Below are positions 63,353-64,000 of a stretch of 64,000 nucleotides of DNA, piece after piece (position 1 is the first letter of the stretch; the number at the start of each line of letters is the position of its first letter). The notes beneath the pieces are model-generated. The model saw only the letters and a program-made list of their open reading frames with translations. It was not told the DNA's origin and did no database searches. A program made the position numbers and the translations under genes. Source of the stretch: a virus; the IMG/VR virus record IMGVR_UViG_3300045988_163304, positions 64,001 to 128,000 of that record; one strand, given 5' to 3'.

Positions 63353-64000
63353 TATTTCGATATTTTTAAAATATTTAATAATTTATCAACAGCTTTTTCT
63401 GCCGTCTCTTCCATAGCTGCTTCAGTTTCAAATTTTGCTTTATTTAAAAACAATTTAGAAATCTTTTCTTGATATGATGCTTTATCAATTAATCCTCCAG
63501 AAATAATATCTTTTATAATTTTTAATTGCTAATAAATTGTATTATAATCATATAAATCTGCACGATTTGCTTTAATACTAGTGTTTGTAAAAGGATTATC
63601 ACCACCCTATGAAGCAATAATATTGTCATAGGCTAATGCAGTACCAAAAACATCATTTTTAATCTATTGATCATCAATCTATTTTTCTAATTCTATCTAA
63701 TGAGAAATAGCAATATCCAATGCTTCAAAAATATGGCCTTGATTAAAGAACTAATACTAACGAGGATTTTTTTTCTATTTTAATCCAGAGTTACGATTTC
63801 CATATTCTTGCATAATTGATTTTCTTACAATATATCCGTATTTTCCTAAAGAAGTAAAATAATCATTTTTTTCATTTTTCGCTGGAACATATTTATTAAA
63901 ATATTTTGTCATTAATTCGCTGTATTTTGCATTAATTGCATCATTATTCTATTTTAATAAAGTAGGATTTAATTGTAATGCCATTTTACCAAATTTCACA
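63353..64000 (-). CDS. tail protein (tube or major tail candidate), partial at the window edge; about nine TAGs
   Basis: Explicit translation gives a continuous protein ending ...AVDKLLNILKISK-TAA; the frame is open to the window edge. Confidence 0.4.

Noticed and set aside
1-64000. TGA or TAA reassignment (codes 4 or 25)
   Set aside because: Long intact ORFs and reconstructed genes end at TAA or TGA, often next to terminators or overlapping the next start. No in-frame TGA or TAA is needed to restore any homolog.
1-64000. CRISPR array or integrase / attachment site
   Set aside because: No regularly spaced direct repeats and no recombinase-like ORF seen.

Overview
This window is a contiguous stretch of a large, AT-rich (about 30% GC) tailed-phage or prophage genome. 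The gene content suggests a Firmicutes-like, probably anaerobic, host: strong AGGAGG-type RBSs, anaerobic NrdD/NrdG, Gram-positive-style tail-fiber N-termini and a BclA-type C-terminal domain.

Bases 1-15.5 kb are plus-strand replication and nucleotide-metabolism genes: a RecJ-like DHH exonuclease, a Dda/RecD-like helicase, a DnaE-type Pol III alpha with a PHP domain, a guanylate-kinase-like NMP kinase, NrdD, NrdG, dUTPase and a RuvC-like resolvase. Bases 15.5-64 kb are minus-strand tail-module genes: a 2765-aa tape measure protein, Dit-like and Tal-like giants, baseplate proteins and at least six tail-fiber genes. Two small plus-strand cassettes sit inside this block, and bidirectional terminators lie where convergent genes meet.

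The dominant observation is that TAG cannot be a stop codon here. Many clearly homologous genes (RecJ, Dda, NrdD, NrdG, Gmk, tape measure, fibers) read straight through in-frame TAG codons, while TAA and TGA still end genes. This fits amber stop-codon reassignment (code-15-like, most likely to Gln, but the amino acid is not established). Once TAG is read as sense, the fragmented ORF-finder track collapses into a few very large genes.

TAG usage is strikingly uneven. Counted from the ORF track, there are none in the polymerase, dUTPase or RuvC, one in nrdD, and dozens in the tape-measure, Dit-like, Tal-like and baseplate genes.

No suppressor tRNA or release-factor gene is visible in this window. 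Coordinates of reconstructed genes are approximate to within a few nucleotides.
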